Positions 8,166 to 17,829 of a DNA stretch of 39,075 nt are shown piece by piece. Every line of letters starts with the position of its first letter. Positions within the stretch are counted from its first letter, which is position 1. The translations under genes and the position numbers were made by a program. This stretch comes from a virus (taxonomy: Duplodnaviria; Caudoviricetes), in the IMG/VR virus record IMGVR_UViG_3300016667_000286, positions 1 through 39,075 of that record. The stretch is one strand, 5' to 3'. The notes under the pieces are model-generated. The model was not told the DNA's origin. It was given only the letters and a program-made list of their open reading frames with translations, and did no database searches.

Positions 8166-10033
8166 TTGGCGCGCTTCAGAGCCTGCACGACGATCTCGTC
8201 CGGCTTTTCGAGGATCGACTGGGTTTTCTGGCCGATCCCCTTCTTGGCCCGCTCCGCCGCCATGATCAGGCGATCCGCCTCCACCTCGTGCGAGGAAATG
8301 CGACCGCCTGATTTGCGGCCACGGCGTTTTTCTTCATCCTGAATGATGGTCTGCTCTTTCGCCTGTTGAGCAAGCAAGTCTGCCATTGCAGGAGACTTCC
8401 CGTAAAGGCGAGCGGGTGCGCCGAGGACACGACCAGCCATGTAATTTGTGAAGCCGCCAACCTTCGGGCTTGAGAAAGCCAGTCCAGCGATTGCGCCGGG
8501 ATGAGCAGCAAGCGCGGGAAGGCCTGAAAACAGCATGTTCGACGCGATTGTTCCTGACACGTTGCCGCGCAGCCCCTGCGGCGTCCACGGATGCAGTTCA
8601 ACGCCAGCAATCGCGGCAGGAAGATCAGGATCAACCTCCGCAAGACGCTTGACCAGATCGCCCTTCGACTTCTTGTCTTGTTCGCGCAGGATCTTGCTGA
8701 TGCGATCTGTCGATGACCGACCTTTCGCCGTCATCGTTTTGCTCAGATCATTCAGTTCTTCCGTCGCCTTCTGATAGTTCTCCATGATCTCTGCATATTT
8801 CTTGTCAGGGATCGTGGCCTTTGCAGCCTCCGCAATTTGATCAACCATCCTGCGAATGTCACTGTTCGGAGGAAGATTGTGTTCGTAGGCGTAAGTACGA
8901 ATGTCTTTCTTCAACTGATCAAAATTGACCATTGTGTGAAGGTTTTTGGGTTCGTTCTTCCATTTGTTCACAAGATCATTGATGTCTTTGAAGACCAATA
9001 CCTTTTGAGACTTGTCGTTAAAGGTGAAGCCTTGCGGGTAGGCCATTTTGTACGCTTCTGCAAGAGCGTCATCGACCAGTTTGTAACTCAGCGTTTGCGG
9101 ATTTCGTCCTGACACAGCCGCCATGTCGCGGATGTAGTTGTCGCTACGCTGTTGCGCCACGTCCTTGATGGCCGTGTTGACGCGATTGATCAGATCCTGC
9201 GGCGGAACGCTTCCAGAATAATGCTCCCAGAACACCGGGTTTTTCTCAAACCCTGAGTTCAAAGCCTTCTGCAAGGACGTGCGCGAAACGCCGGATTGCA
9301 TTGAAATAGGATAGTTCGCCACAGACATGGCGGCTTTCGTCGCATATTTCGGAGCCTGAACAGCGAGGTTGATAGGATCAATCGCTTTTCCGACGCCCCC
9401 CGCAATCTGTCCCACCTTTCCAGCGACGCCGGGCAAGCGAGCGCCCAGAGCGCCGCCTCCGGTCAGGACCGTTGCAGCATCGCCAAGAACGCCGACAGGG
9501 CTTTCAGCCAAGGCCTCCTTGAAGCCTGACATAGACCCGTAGCGTTTCGCGTAGAAATCACCGACAGCGTCAGCCGCAGCCTCGTCCTTGGCCTTTTGCT
9601 CAGGGTCTTGCTCAAAGCCAAGTGCGCCCTTCGCCTTGGAGTACAGGCCGACACCAAGTTGCTTGGCTGACTGAAGGGTTTCAGACGGGTTCAAAAACGG
9701 ATGGATGATGGCCTGCGCCTCTTCCACCGCGCTTTTCGGGATGTTCCGCACTGCTTCTGAGGCGGTTTCTCCCCATGTGCGCTCCTTGATCGGAGCCTTT
9801 GGGTCAGCCGAGCGGATCGGTGGCCCCTGCGGCGGAGCGACCGGAGATGCGCTCTGCTGTTGGCTTGTCGCCTGCACTGGCGATTGTTTCAACGGCTGGC
9901 GCAGGCCGTCGAACAGGTCGTCGTCTGGAAGGCTAGACGGATCGAAAGCAGGCTTCTTTTGGCGCGGAGCAGATTGCTGCGCCTTGCCCGACTGTCGATT
10001 ATTCAGGCCATCAAAGAGATCGTCTTCTTCCAT
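8147..10033 (-). CDS. Putative internal virion / DNA ejection protein
   Basis: 628 aa with an acidic DDLFDGL repeat at the N-terminus and Gly/Ala-rich hydrophobic stretches. Last gene of the virion operon, the usual podoviral position for ejection proteins. Confidence 0.65.
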   Translation of the reverse strand: MEEDDLFDGLNNRQSGKAQQSAPRQKKPAFDPSSLPDDDLFDGLRQPLKQSPVQATSQQQSASPVAPPQGPPIRSADPKAPIKERTWGETASEAVRNIPKSAVEEAQAIIHPFLNPSETLQSAKQLGVGLYSKAKGALGFEQDPEQKAKDEAAADAVGDFYAKRYGSMSGFKEALAESPVGVLGDAATVLTGGGALGARLPGVAGKVGQIAGGVGKAIDPINLAVQAPKYATKAAMSVANYPISMQSGVSRTSLQKALNSGFEKNPVFWEHYSGSVPPQDLINRVNTAIKDVAQQRSDNYIRDMAAVSGRNPQTLSYKLVDDALAEAYKMAYPQGFTFNDKSQKVLVFKDINDLVNKWKNEPKNLHTMVNFDQLKKDIRTYAYEHNLPPNSDIRRMVDQIAEAAKATIPDKKYAEIMENYQKATEELNDLSKTMTAKGRSSTDRISKILREQDKKSKGDLVKRLAEVDPDLPAAIAGVELHPWTPQGLRGNVSGTIASNMLFSGLPALAAHPGAIAGLAFSSPKVGGFTNYMAGRVLGAPARLYGKSPAMADLLAQQAKEQTIIQDEEKRRGRKSGGRISSHEVEADRLIMAAERAKKGIGQKTQSILEKPDEIVVQALKRANQALEA

Positions 10034-10042
10034 GACCCTGCC

Positions 10043-13000
10043 TCACTGACCATCAAAAACAAAGTAGCGGTTTACATTCGGAACGTAGCGGATGCCGTCC
10101 CGCTGCGCCATTTTCTGGAGGAACGCCTCAATGATCTGAGGAGATTTTCCGCCATTGATCATCTTTTCGATCTCGACAGGATAGTTCCTGATGAGATGCT
10201 GGATGAACTTCTGCTCCGCCTCATAACGACCGCGCGTGTCATTGTCGAAAGCCTGACCGGCGCGAGCATAAGATCCGCCGGAGGCTTCACCATAAATATT
10301 CATATGGTTTCCACGGTCACGCGCCCGTTGGTTTTCGATCCACATCTGAGCGGCAATCTTGGCTTGCGTATCGGGCGGAAGATCAGGCGTCGCCATCGCG
10401 GTCATCATCATCTGAAACGCGCCAAGGTTATGTTGACCGGCGGAACTGGTGGCGCGACTGGCGAGATGCGTGTTGATCTTGTTCTGGTTCTTCACCAGCG
10501 TGTCGTAGTTGGCGAAATACTCTTCTGGAATGCCAAGCGCACGACCCAGCGTTTTGGCCCGGTTGAGCATGTCGGCGCGGAAGTCTGACGTTGCGCCCGC
10601 CGCACTGATGTTCTGACCGTTTACGATCTTTGACGTATTGATTGCCAGATCACCCATAAGCCCCTGCATGCCGGAAGCCGCATCACGCGCACCCGACACC
10701 GCTTCAGCATAATTCTGCGAAATGCGCTCGTTCGCGGCCTTGTTTGGACCCTTCACCAGATAGATGTCATCCTTTGCGAGGCGGCGGCTGTCCTTGCCGA
10801 AAATGCCACGCTCGGTCATTGCCGGATCGACCTTTGCGTCGATGATCTTGGGCATGTCTGCGTCATCAAGGCCAGCGCCCGTCGGAGGCTTCGCTCCAGT
10901 CTCAGACGTTCCGGGGATCTTGAATTGACCATTTGCATCAAGATAACCGGCCTGCGTAAGGAAGTGCTTGGCGGCGCTGTCCATCGTCGCGCCAGACAGG
11001 TTTGCGCCCGCAGGCAGAAGACCCTTCTTGATCGCCTCGACCGTGTAGATCATGCGGCCATCCGGCAAGCGAACCATGTCGCCAATGAAGGACAGGTTCG
11101 TCGCACGTTGCGCGGTTTCTGCCGTCTGCGCCTTGGTCAGGCCAACGTCAGCATTCTGCTTCTCATAGTCCGCATAGGCTTCAGCACCAGCGCCAAGGCC
11201 TTGCAGGATGGCCGAGCCAGCGTAACGGCTGGGAGACGACGCCATCGCGCCAAGGCCGCGCAGCACCGGAATGATGATGCCCTTGTTGTCGTCCCAGAAG
11301 CCCTTGACGCCGGAGGCGACGCCCTTGGCCTGATCCGAGAAGGAAGCGTTCTGCGCGCCCTGTGCAGGCTGATCGCCCTGCTGAACAAGCTGACCGCTCT
11401 GCGGAGCCACGCCACGAGACTTACCCAATGCCACCCATGTCGGAGCAAGCGCAGCCTTGATACGCGGCGAGAAGCCTTCCTCCTGAAGATCAGCGTCAAG
11501 ATCGCGCCCGGTGCGCCTCTTGTAATCCTGAACGCCAAGTTCCCACGTCGCTGCGTCCTGATAACCCTTTGTCATCGGAGCGCCGCCGGTGATGCGCTGC
11601 CATGTGTCGTAAATCATCTGAGGAGCGCCAGAGGCCGAAGACGTGCCGCCAAGGCCGGGCGTCTTACCGGGATGCGGGCCATTGATGTCGAACGTCTCCT
11701 TGCCGCCGTTGCGAATGTCGTAACGGCCACCGCTCTCGGGACCATAAATGCCCCTGATGAAGTCCTGCCGGTGCTGGGGCATGTCCTCAAGGTTCTGCGG
11801 CTGGATCTTGTACCGCTGTTCAGCTTCTTGCGCGTTCAGGGCGGGAAGATCAGCCTCCTCCACGGGAACAAGGCCAGCCGCCTCCACAGGAGCAACATCG
11901 CTTCCGTCCGCATAACCCATGCGGGGCGCAACACCGCCACCATAAGCGCGCTCGCGCGGAGCAAGGCCGGGAACGGCGTCTTCCGTGGCCCGGTCATAGT
12001 CGAGCGTCAGGAAACCGTCGCGGCTCTGGCCGACCGCCTCCGGCTTGCGGTTGAGAACCTCCTGCGCCATCAGGCCCATGCGCGTCGCGCCGTCACCGAA
12101 GTCATAGGCGTAAATATTCTGGCCGTCATAGGTCTTGCCGACAGGGCGGATGTTGTCCTTCAGACGAGCGTCAGAGACAAAAGGCAACATCGCCATCAGG
12201 GCGCTGAGGCCCGATCCAGCCGCCGAGGCAGCCCCCGGAGCCGCTGACGCGAGAGATGCAGCCGAAGAGGCCAGCCCAAGCGCATCCTTGATGTCAGATC
12301 CCGCCCCACGGCTTTGCCCCGGAGCCTGTCCGGGCTTCGCCAATTCGGCGTTCGTCTGATCTTCGGTTGCGTCTTCGATGTAAGCGCCGACACCCTTCGA
12401 CGGGTCTTGGATCTCCATCGGGTCGATGACCTTGCCGAGGCCCGCATAGCCCAGACGCGGAACAACGCCGCCCTGCTCAAATCCGAACGCCTCGCCAACG
12501 CCGCTGACAAAGCCCTTCGCCTTGTCGAGCCACCCCTGCTCGCCAGAGGACGCCGCAGGTGCGCTAGAAGCGGCGCTGGGCGGCGCAAGGCCAGCATTGG
12601 CGGTCTTGGCCGTGTCTGTCGGCGCTGGCGCTCCAGCGGCCACGCCAGAGGCCTCAGACGGCTTCTTGTCGGGAGAAAGGATGCCAGCCTTCTGGGCAAG
12701 TTTCCCGCCAATGCCTTCTTTGGTCAGAATGCCCTTCTCGCCAAAATACCTTTGCCCCGTCTTTTCTAACTGGTCGATGGTGTTGACGGTGTCTTTCAGG
12801 CGACTGTCTGGATTACGCGGCAATGCGCCTGCCGTCATCAGCTTGGGCGTATGCAGGCCAGCCTTGGGGACGTAGCTGCCGCCGCCCATCGGATTGTCAC
12901 CCGACTTGCCGCCGTAAAGGCCAACCTGACCGAACGGGCCAAAGGACGCCGCCTGCTGCTTTAAGAGCGCCTGCATGTCGTTCGGATCGACCAGACCGCC

Positions 13001-14965
13001 GGGAGCGTAGCCGCCACGAGCATAGTTGCCGGGCTCGTAAACTGCCCCGCCCATGCTGGCCGCGCCAAGTCCGGCCCGAGCAGCGTCTTCCGTCGCGCGG
13101 TCGTAATCGACCGTCTTGAAGCCCTGCGCGCGACCGACCGCGTCGGGATGATGCCGTTCGACTTCTTGCGCGATGAGGCCGATCTGAGTGCCCGGCTCAC
13201 CCTTGTAGTTGTAGCGGTAGATCGTCTGGCCGTCGAACGTCTCACCAACCGGGTGGATGTTCTCCTTGAGCCGCTCGTCCGAGAAGAACGAAGACGGCTG
13301 CGTCGTCGTCGTGGTCGAGCCAGAAAGAGCGCCGGTGCCCATCGCAATGTTTGCCAAGAACTGCGCGACTTGGAACGGATAGCCGCGCTCCTGCAAGAAC
13401 TGCTGGTAGTTCGCGGTGAGATCCGCCTGCCGTGTCTGCTGCTCCAGAGTTCCCGCCGCGATCTGAGCCTGAGCGCCCTGCAATGCAGCGTTCTGTGCGC
13501 CGGTGCCGAGCGCCGCCTGCTGCTGCGCCGTCTGAGCGCCGATGTCGTATCCCTGCCGAGCCAGCGCAGCCTGCTGCTGGGCGGTCGTCGCCCCCTGAGC
13601 AAACTGCTGCTGCCCGAGCCCCTGCTGGGCCTGTCCGTATTGATTGTAGAGGCCCTGCTGCGCCTGACCGATGGCCTGACGCTGCTGCGCCGCCGCAAGC
13701 TGCTGCTGATAGGCCGTTCCGCCCAAGCCAGACATAAGCTGCGCCTGCTGCGCGCCCTGCCCGTAAAACTGCTGCCCAGCGCCAAGAGCAGCCTGCCCGG
13801 CCCCGAGAGCCTGCTGGTATTGGCTCTGACCGAGTTGCGACAACAGGGCAGCGGTCTGGTTGTTCATGCCATACCGCTTCTCGCCGAGCGCCGCAGCCTG
13901 CTGCGCCTCGCCCATGCGCTGCGCGTAACCCTGCTGGCCGATCCCGAGAAGCTGCTGCGCCTGCTGCTGGCGAGCGGCGCGGTTGGCTTGCTCCGCCGAC
14001 AGGTTGACGCCCTGCTGCTGCTGGGCCGTCTGAAGAGCCTGCTGGTAGCCCCGTTCGTAGATCGGGGACATGGCCTGCGCCGTGGCGAGGTTCTGCTGGC
14101 GCGACAGAGCCGCCGCAGCCAGCCCGGCCCGGTCGCCGCCAAACGCGCCGGAACGGATCGCATTGCCAGTCTGGCCCGCCATTTCCTGCTGCTGCTGCTG
14201 GCGCAAGGCCTGATAGGTGCTATCCGCCACGCTCTTCGTGTACGGGTTCATGTACTGGGCGGTCTGAAGTTCTCCCGGAGAGACAGACTGACCGCCTTCC
14301 AGCGCCGACAGCGTGGCAGCATCCTGATAGGGCGAAGCAGCCTGCGTTGCGCCCATCGTCCCGCGCGTGGCGGCATCGTAATAAGGCTCGGCCATCGCCT
14401 GAGCGCCAGCAGCCTGCCGCATGGCGGCGGCATTGGCGGGCTGGGCACGGCCCTGCGCGCTCAGGATCTGGTTCTGGGCATATTCGTTCATGCCACGCGC
14501 CATGCCGGGAGCGGCCATTGCGCTCTCGGTCGCCGCAGCATTGTAGCCTTGAACGCCGCCAAGCCCGCGCGTAACGTCCTGCGAAGCCTGCTGATAATAG
14601 GGTGCAGCGGAAGTCAGAGCGGCGTTATAGCCCTGATCAGCCCGGCCAGCGTGGTATTGGCCCTGCTGCTGGCCCTGCGCCAAGGGCTGATAGGCCTGCT
14701 GCGTCTGCCCCATGCCCTGCTGGTAAGCGGCATTCTGCGTGTTTGACGCGGCGGCGTAGTAGGGCTGGGCCTGATTGGCGGCGGCGTTGGTGTTCGCCAT
14801 GCCCGCCTGCTGCTGCTGGGTCAGACCGGCGACAAACTCGCCGCCGTATCTCTGGAATGGTTGCTGGGCGACACTTTCTGCGCGAGCATTGACGGAATTG
14901 TATCGCGCCAGAACCTCCGGCGGGATTGAAACCGACTGCGTCGTCGTAGAGGATTTGCCGCCCAT
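10043..14965 (-). CDS. Large internal virion/ejection protein with two internal peptidase S74 domains and a lambda-lysozyme-like muramidase domain
   Basis: Gln/Ala-rich N-terminal 560 aa. SDERLKENI...IGLIAQEVE...VDY starts at aa 562 and SDARLKDNI...MGLMAQEV...LDY at aa 931. ESGGRYD...SSASGAPQMIYDTW...QDAATW...LAPTWVAL is the muramidase-like segment. Confidence 0.85.
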   Translation of the reverse strand: MGGKSSTTTQSVSIPPEVLARYNSVNARAESVAQQPFQRYGGEFVAGLTQQQQAGMANTNAAANQAQPYYAAASNTQNAAYQQGMGQTQQAYQPLAQGQQQGQYHAGRADQGYNAALTSAAPYYQQASQDVTRGLGGVQGYNAAATESAMAAPGMARGMNEYAQNQILSAQGRAQPANAAAMRQAAGAQAMAEPYYDAATRGTMGATQAASPYQDAATLSALEGGQSVSPGELQTAQYMNPYTKSVADSTYQALRQQQQQEMAGQTGNAIRSGAFGGDRAGLAAAALSRQQNLATAQAMSPIYERGYQQALQTAQQQQGVNLSAEQANRAARQQQAQQLLGIGQQGYAQRMGEAQQAAALGEKRYGMNNQTAALLSQLGQSQYQQALGAGQAALGAGQQFYGQGAQQAQLMSGLGGTAYQQQLAAAQQRQAIGQAQQGLYNQYGQAQQGLGQQQFAQGATTAQQQAALARQGYDIGAQTAQQQAALGTGAQNAALQGAQAQIAAGTLEQQTRQADLTANYQQFLQERGYPFQVAQFLANIAMGTGALSGSTTTTTQPSSFFSDERLKENIHPVGETFDGQTIYRYNYKGEPGTQIGLIAQEVERHHPDAVGRAQGFKTVDYDRATEDAARAGLGAASMGGAVYEPGNYARGGYAPGGLVDPNDMQALLKQQAASFGPFGQVGLYGGKSGDNPMGGGSYVPKAGLHTPKLMTAGALPRNPDSRLKDTVNTIDQLEKTGQRYFGEKGILTKEGIGGKLAQKAGILSPDKKPSEASGVAAGAPAPTDTAKTANAGLAPPSAASSAPAASSGEQGWLDKAKGFVSGVGEAFGFEQGGVVPRLGYAGLGKVIDPMEIQDPSKGVGAYIEDATEDQTNAELAKPGQAPGQSRGAGSDIKDALGLASSAASLASAAPGAASAAGSGLSALMAMLPFVSDARLKDNIRPVGKTYDGQNIYAYDFGDGATRMGLMAQEVLNRKPEAVGQSRDGFLTLDYDRATEDAVPGLAPRERAYGGGVAPRMGYADGSDVAPVEAAGLVPVEEADLPALNAQEAEQRYKIQPQNLEDMPQHRQDFIRGIYGPESGGRYDIRNGGKETFDINGPHPGKTPGLGGTSSASGAPQMIYDTWQRITGGAPMTKGYQDAATWELGVQDYKRRTGRDLDADLQEEGFSPRIKAALAPTWVALGKSRGVAPQSGQLVQQGDQPAQGAQNASFSDQAKGVASGVKGFWDDNKGIIIPVLRGLGAMASSPSRYAGSAILQGLGAGAEAYADYEKQNADVGLTKAQTAETAQRATNLSFIGDMVRLPDGRMIYTVEAIKKGLLPAGANLSGATMDSAAKHFLTQAGYLDANGQFKIPGTSETGAKPPTGAGLDDADMPKIIDAKVDPAMTERGIFGKDSRRLAKDDIYLVKGPNKAANERISQNYAEAVSGARDAASGMQGLMGDLAINTSKIVNGQNISAAGATSDFRADMLNRAKTLGRALGIPEEYFANYDTLVKNQNKINTHLASRATSSAGQHNLGAFQMMMTAMATPDLPPDTQAKIAAQMWIENQRARDRGNHMNIYGEASGGSYARAGQAFDNDTRGRYEAEQKFIQHLIRNYPVEIEKMINGGKSPQIIEAFLQKMAQRDGIRYVPNVNRYFVFDGQ

Positions 14966-14968
14966 TTC

Positions 14969-15460
14969 TTACTCCGCCGCGCGCCGGAAGTCTCCGGTCT
15001 TTGAATTGTAGAGGAAGAACGCCCCGGAGGGTTTTCCAAATTGCCGCTCGTAGAGGCGAACCTTCGCCTCCGTGCGATGGTTGGAAAGGACACCGATGAT
15101 CAACGGAATGCCCAGTTCATCCGCTACCTGTTTCGAGAACTCGACCAGACGACGCGCCCTTCCACCCTTGGCGCTCCGAAAGTCCGGGTGAATGAAGATT
15201 GCTTTCTCTTCAAGCACCTGCTGGTCAGAATACCACATATTGCCAATTCGCAGTAGCACCGCCCCTTCGGGCTTGCCGCGCTCGCCAATGATGCCGACAA
15301 TGCCCTGATTGACGGTCACGCCGTGCCAGATCTCGGCCAGCAGCCGCGCCGGGTTCGGCTCGACAAAGCCGTTTTCCTCGCAGGCTGACAGCGCCAGCGT
15401 CATCACATCGTCCACGTCTTCCGGCTCGGCGATGCGAACCTTCAGGTCTTCCTTTTCCAT
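14969..15460 (-). CDS. GNAT-fold acetyltransferase-like virion-assembly protein
   Basis: KVRIAEPEDVD N-terminus, IFIHPDFRSAKGGRARRLV acetyl-CoA-loop-like motif and RLYERQ. It lies just upstream of the ejection genes. Confidence 0.75.
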   Translation of the reverse strand: MEKEDLKVRIAEPEDVDDVMTLALSACEENGFVEPNPARLLAEIWHGVTVNQGIVGIIGERGKPEGAVLLRIGNMWYSDQQVLEEKAIFIHPDFRSAKGGRARRLVEFSKQVADELGIPLIIGVLSNHRTEAKVRLYERQFGKPSGAFFLYNSKTGDFRRAAE

Positions 15461-15480
15461 GCCAGCCCCCTTGGCTTTCA

Positions 15481-15509
15481 TTGCAGTCTATTTAGCGGTC
15501 TGGTATAAT
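15481..15509 (+). promoter_or_regulatory. Sigma70 promoter of the HNH-AP2 gene (leaderless)
   Basis: TTGCAG-N17-TATAAT with extended -10 (TGgTATAAT). The ATG is 7 nt downstream and there is no RBS. Confidence 0.7.
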
Positions 15510-15516
15510 CATTTTC

Positions 15517-16011
15517 ATGATTGACCAAACCACTCTCAAATCCGCCCTCTCCTATTGTCCCGAAACAGGGATCTTCACATGGGCTTCCGCAAGACCGCGC
15601 ATAATTGTCGGTGCAGTCGCCGGATATCTCAAGAAGAACAAGGGATACATTTACATCGAAATTGACGGACGATCCTACAGTGCGCACCGTCTTGCGTTTC
15701 TTTACATGACTGGAGAAATTCCATCCGGCCCGGTTGACCATATCAATCGCATCAAGTCCGACAACCGATTTTCCAACCTTCGCATCTCGTCCCACGGGCA
15801 AAACAGGGCAAATAGTCGGGCAAACAACAAACATGGTCTCAAAGGCATTAGCCGCCTTTCGTGGATGAAGGAGGGAGATCGTTGTTGGCAAGCGCAAATC
15901 ACCCACAACAAAAAGGTTAAATACCTTGGGTGCTTCCACACCAAGGAAGAAGCCCACGCCGCTTACGCTATTGCTGCACGAGAATTGCATGGGGAGTTTG
16001 CCAATCCTTAA
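15517..16011 (+). CDS. HNH-AP2 free-standing homing endonuclease
   Basis: [38 protein letters not shown], and AP2 domain WQAQI...[24 protein letters not shown]. Opposite strand to its neighbours and visibly more AT-rich. Confidence 0.92.
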   Translation: MIDQTTLKSALSYCPETGIFTWASARPRIIVGAVAGYLKKNKGYIYIEIDGRSYSAHRLAFLYMTGEIPSGPVDHINRIKSDNRFSNLRISSHGQNRANSRANNKHGLKGISRLSWMKEGDRCWQAQITHNKKVKYLGCFHTKEEAHAAYAIAARELHGEFANP

Positions 16012-16670
16012 TCTTTACGAGGCCCCGGAAGGGCCTTCAGCGTGTCCACGGTCTTCTTCCGCATCTTCTTCACGAAGGCGTCGAGGATCTGGTGGCCGCG
16101 ATCCATGTCGCCGCCGCCCAGATGTGTCACATCATCCGGCCCTATCACGAACTCGCCGCCCGCCGCCACGATGGGGACGGCATTGCCGGTGGAGCCGCCA
16201 GAGGCCTTGCCGGGCAGGCCAAGCTGCGCGTCCATGCCGGGTGCGCCTTCCGCGTCCGGGATGCCAAGACCCGGCTGACCGCCCATCTCAGGCGCTTTCG
16301 TGAAGATCGTGTTGGCGACCCGGAAACCGGCCATCGTGTTCCCCTCGCCCATTGCCGAGATGATGTCGGCGGGGATGACATACGACCCGGATGCGACATG
16401 CATCGGCAAATGGTCGGTGCGGCCCGCCACCGGGCTGTGGATCGGCCCGGAATGGATTTTCTCCACGTCGCCATACTGGCTCGGCTTTGCGACCGGATCG
16501 GCGTCGCGCTTGGTGCCCGGCTCGTACATCATTTCGCCGCCCCCGGCCTTCACCGAGCGCGCCGTCTTCAGGGCGATGGCGATGGCCTGATCCTGCGGAT
16601 GCCCGGAATGCCGCAATTCACGGATGTTCCGGCTGACAGTCTTTTGCGAAGAACCTTGCTTCAGAGGCAT
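16008..16670 (-). CDS. Putative virion protein with duplicated 'GEFVI'-type module
   Basis: [19 protein letters not shown]...QAIAIAL N-terminus, then [22 protein letters not shown] and [17 protein letters not shown]. Confidence 0.7.
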   Translation of the reverse strand: MPLKQGSSQKTVSRNIRELRHSGHPQDQAIAIALKTARSVKAGGGEMMYEPGTKRDADPVAKPSQYGDVEKIHSGPIHSPVAGRTDHLPMHVASGSYVIPADIISAMGEGNTMAGFRVANTIFTKAPEMGGQPGLGIPDAEGAPGMDAQLGLPGKASGGSTGNAVPIVAAGGEFVIGPDDVTHLGGGDMDRGHQILDAFVKKMRKKTVDTLKALPGPRKD

Positions 16671-16672
16671 GA

Positions 16673-17416
16673 TCACGATCCTTGAATGAGAATGCCTTCG
16701 ACGCCGATGCTGATCGCGCTGGTGCCAGCAGACATGGACGCCCGCCACTGGATGTCGGTCTTGGCGGCATAGGGACGAGGCGCGACGCGGGTCGTCTGGT
16801 AAGTGTTTACGAATGGAGCCTGCTGGAGAACGGTGACGATCCCCGTGGCTGTGCTGCGGGTCCAAACGCTGTAATTGGCGAAGAAGTTGGCGTTGTTGTT
16901 CGGGCTGACATATCCGTTCACACGGGTCAGGTAGAACGTGTAGCCGTTCGGCACCGTATAGAGCGACATCTGGCTGCGTCCGGCGCTCTCCGTGCCGACC
17001 AGATTGATCTGGGCGTAGGTGGCCGTCTTCCCGGCGTTGGAAAGATAAATCACGCCCACCGGGTTTGTTGATCCTACGACCGCGATGCCATTGATGCGGA
17101 GATAGCTGTTTGCGGTCGTGACGCCGGTAGTGCCGTTGGTCAGAACTTTTGTTTCAGAGATCGGATTGTAGCTGGCATCCAAGCCAGAAATGAGGATGCT
17201 GACCGCCGTGTCGGACGCCGACGAACTGTAAAGCAGCATGGTCGAGGCAGACGCCGGATAGGTGTAAGCCGTCGCGTTCTCCCAGATCGGGATCACGGTG
17301 CCATCGACAGCCGCCTGATAGCCGTAGACGTTGACGACCGATGCGCCCGGAACTTGTCCGCGCGCCACCGCCAGATACCAGTCAGGGGAAGACAGGGGCG
17401 GATAGGACGTGATCAT
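16673..17416 (-). CDS. Putative virion structural protein (beta-rich)
   Basis: 247-aa Thr/Ser/Gly-rich ORF in the tail operon, ATGA-coupled. Confidence 0.7.
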   Translation of the reverse strand: MITSYPPLSSPDWYLAVARGQVPGASVVNVYGYQAAVDGTVIPIWENATAYTYPASASTMLLYSSSASDTAVSILISGLDASYNPISETKVLTNGTTGVTTANSYLRINGIAVVGSTNPVGVIYLSNAGKTATYAQINLVGTESAGRSQMSLYTVPNGYTFYLTRVNGYVSPNNNANFFANYSVWTRSTATGIVTVLQQAPFVNTYQTTRVAPRPYAAKTDIQWRASMSAGTSAISIGVEGILIQGS

Positions 17417-17829
17417 GTCGAAAGCACCCCGGAAACCATGAATGTCACGCTGGTTGAAGACGCATAGGCGGAGACGAAACCACCGGCGGAAATCGCTTGG
17501 TTTCCGGTCCACTGCACCGACGTTCCGGGCGGAATTGCCGATGCGTAGAAGATGGCATTTGTCGCGTCAGCCGTGCCTCCGAAGGGCACCAGATTGATCG
17601 TAAAGGTCGCCGTGGTTGTGCCGGTGTTCACGATCATGATGTCAGTGATGCAGGCGCTCGTGGTCTGGTTTGGCGTCGTGTAGATCGCCGTCGCAGATGT
17701 CGCCGCCGCCCCGGCGAATAGCCGGATGTTGCGGAAATTGGTGTAGATTTTCGTCAGCCCCTGCACGAGGCCGTTGATGGCGACAACGCCGTTTTTCTGG
17801 GTTGTCAGGATGTCGTCAAGAGAGGCCAT
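17413..17829 (-). CDS. Putative tail-associated structural protein
   Basis: 138-aa beta-rich ORF coupled to the nozzle-like gene. Confidence 0.7.
   Translation of the reverse strand: MASLDDILTTQKNGVVAINGLVQGLTKIYTNFRNIRLFAGAAATSATAIYTTPNQTTSACITDIMIVNTGTTTATFTINLVPFGGTADATNAIFYASAIPPGTSVQWTGNQAISAGGFVSAYASSTSVTFMVSGVLST

Noticed and set aside
11984-13282. Inteins or Hint domains as the explanation for the internal domains of the 1640-aa protein
   Set aside because: No N-terminal Cys block or C-terminal His-Asn motif is present. The SDxRLK...GxxAQEV pattern fits peptidase S74.
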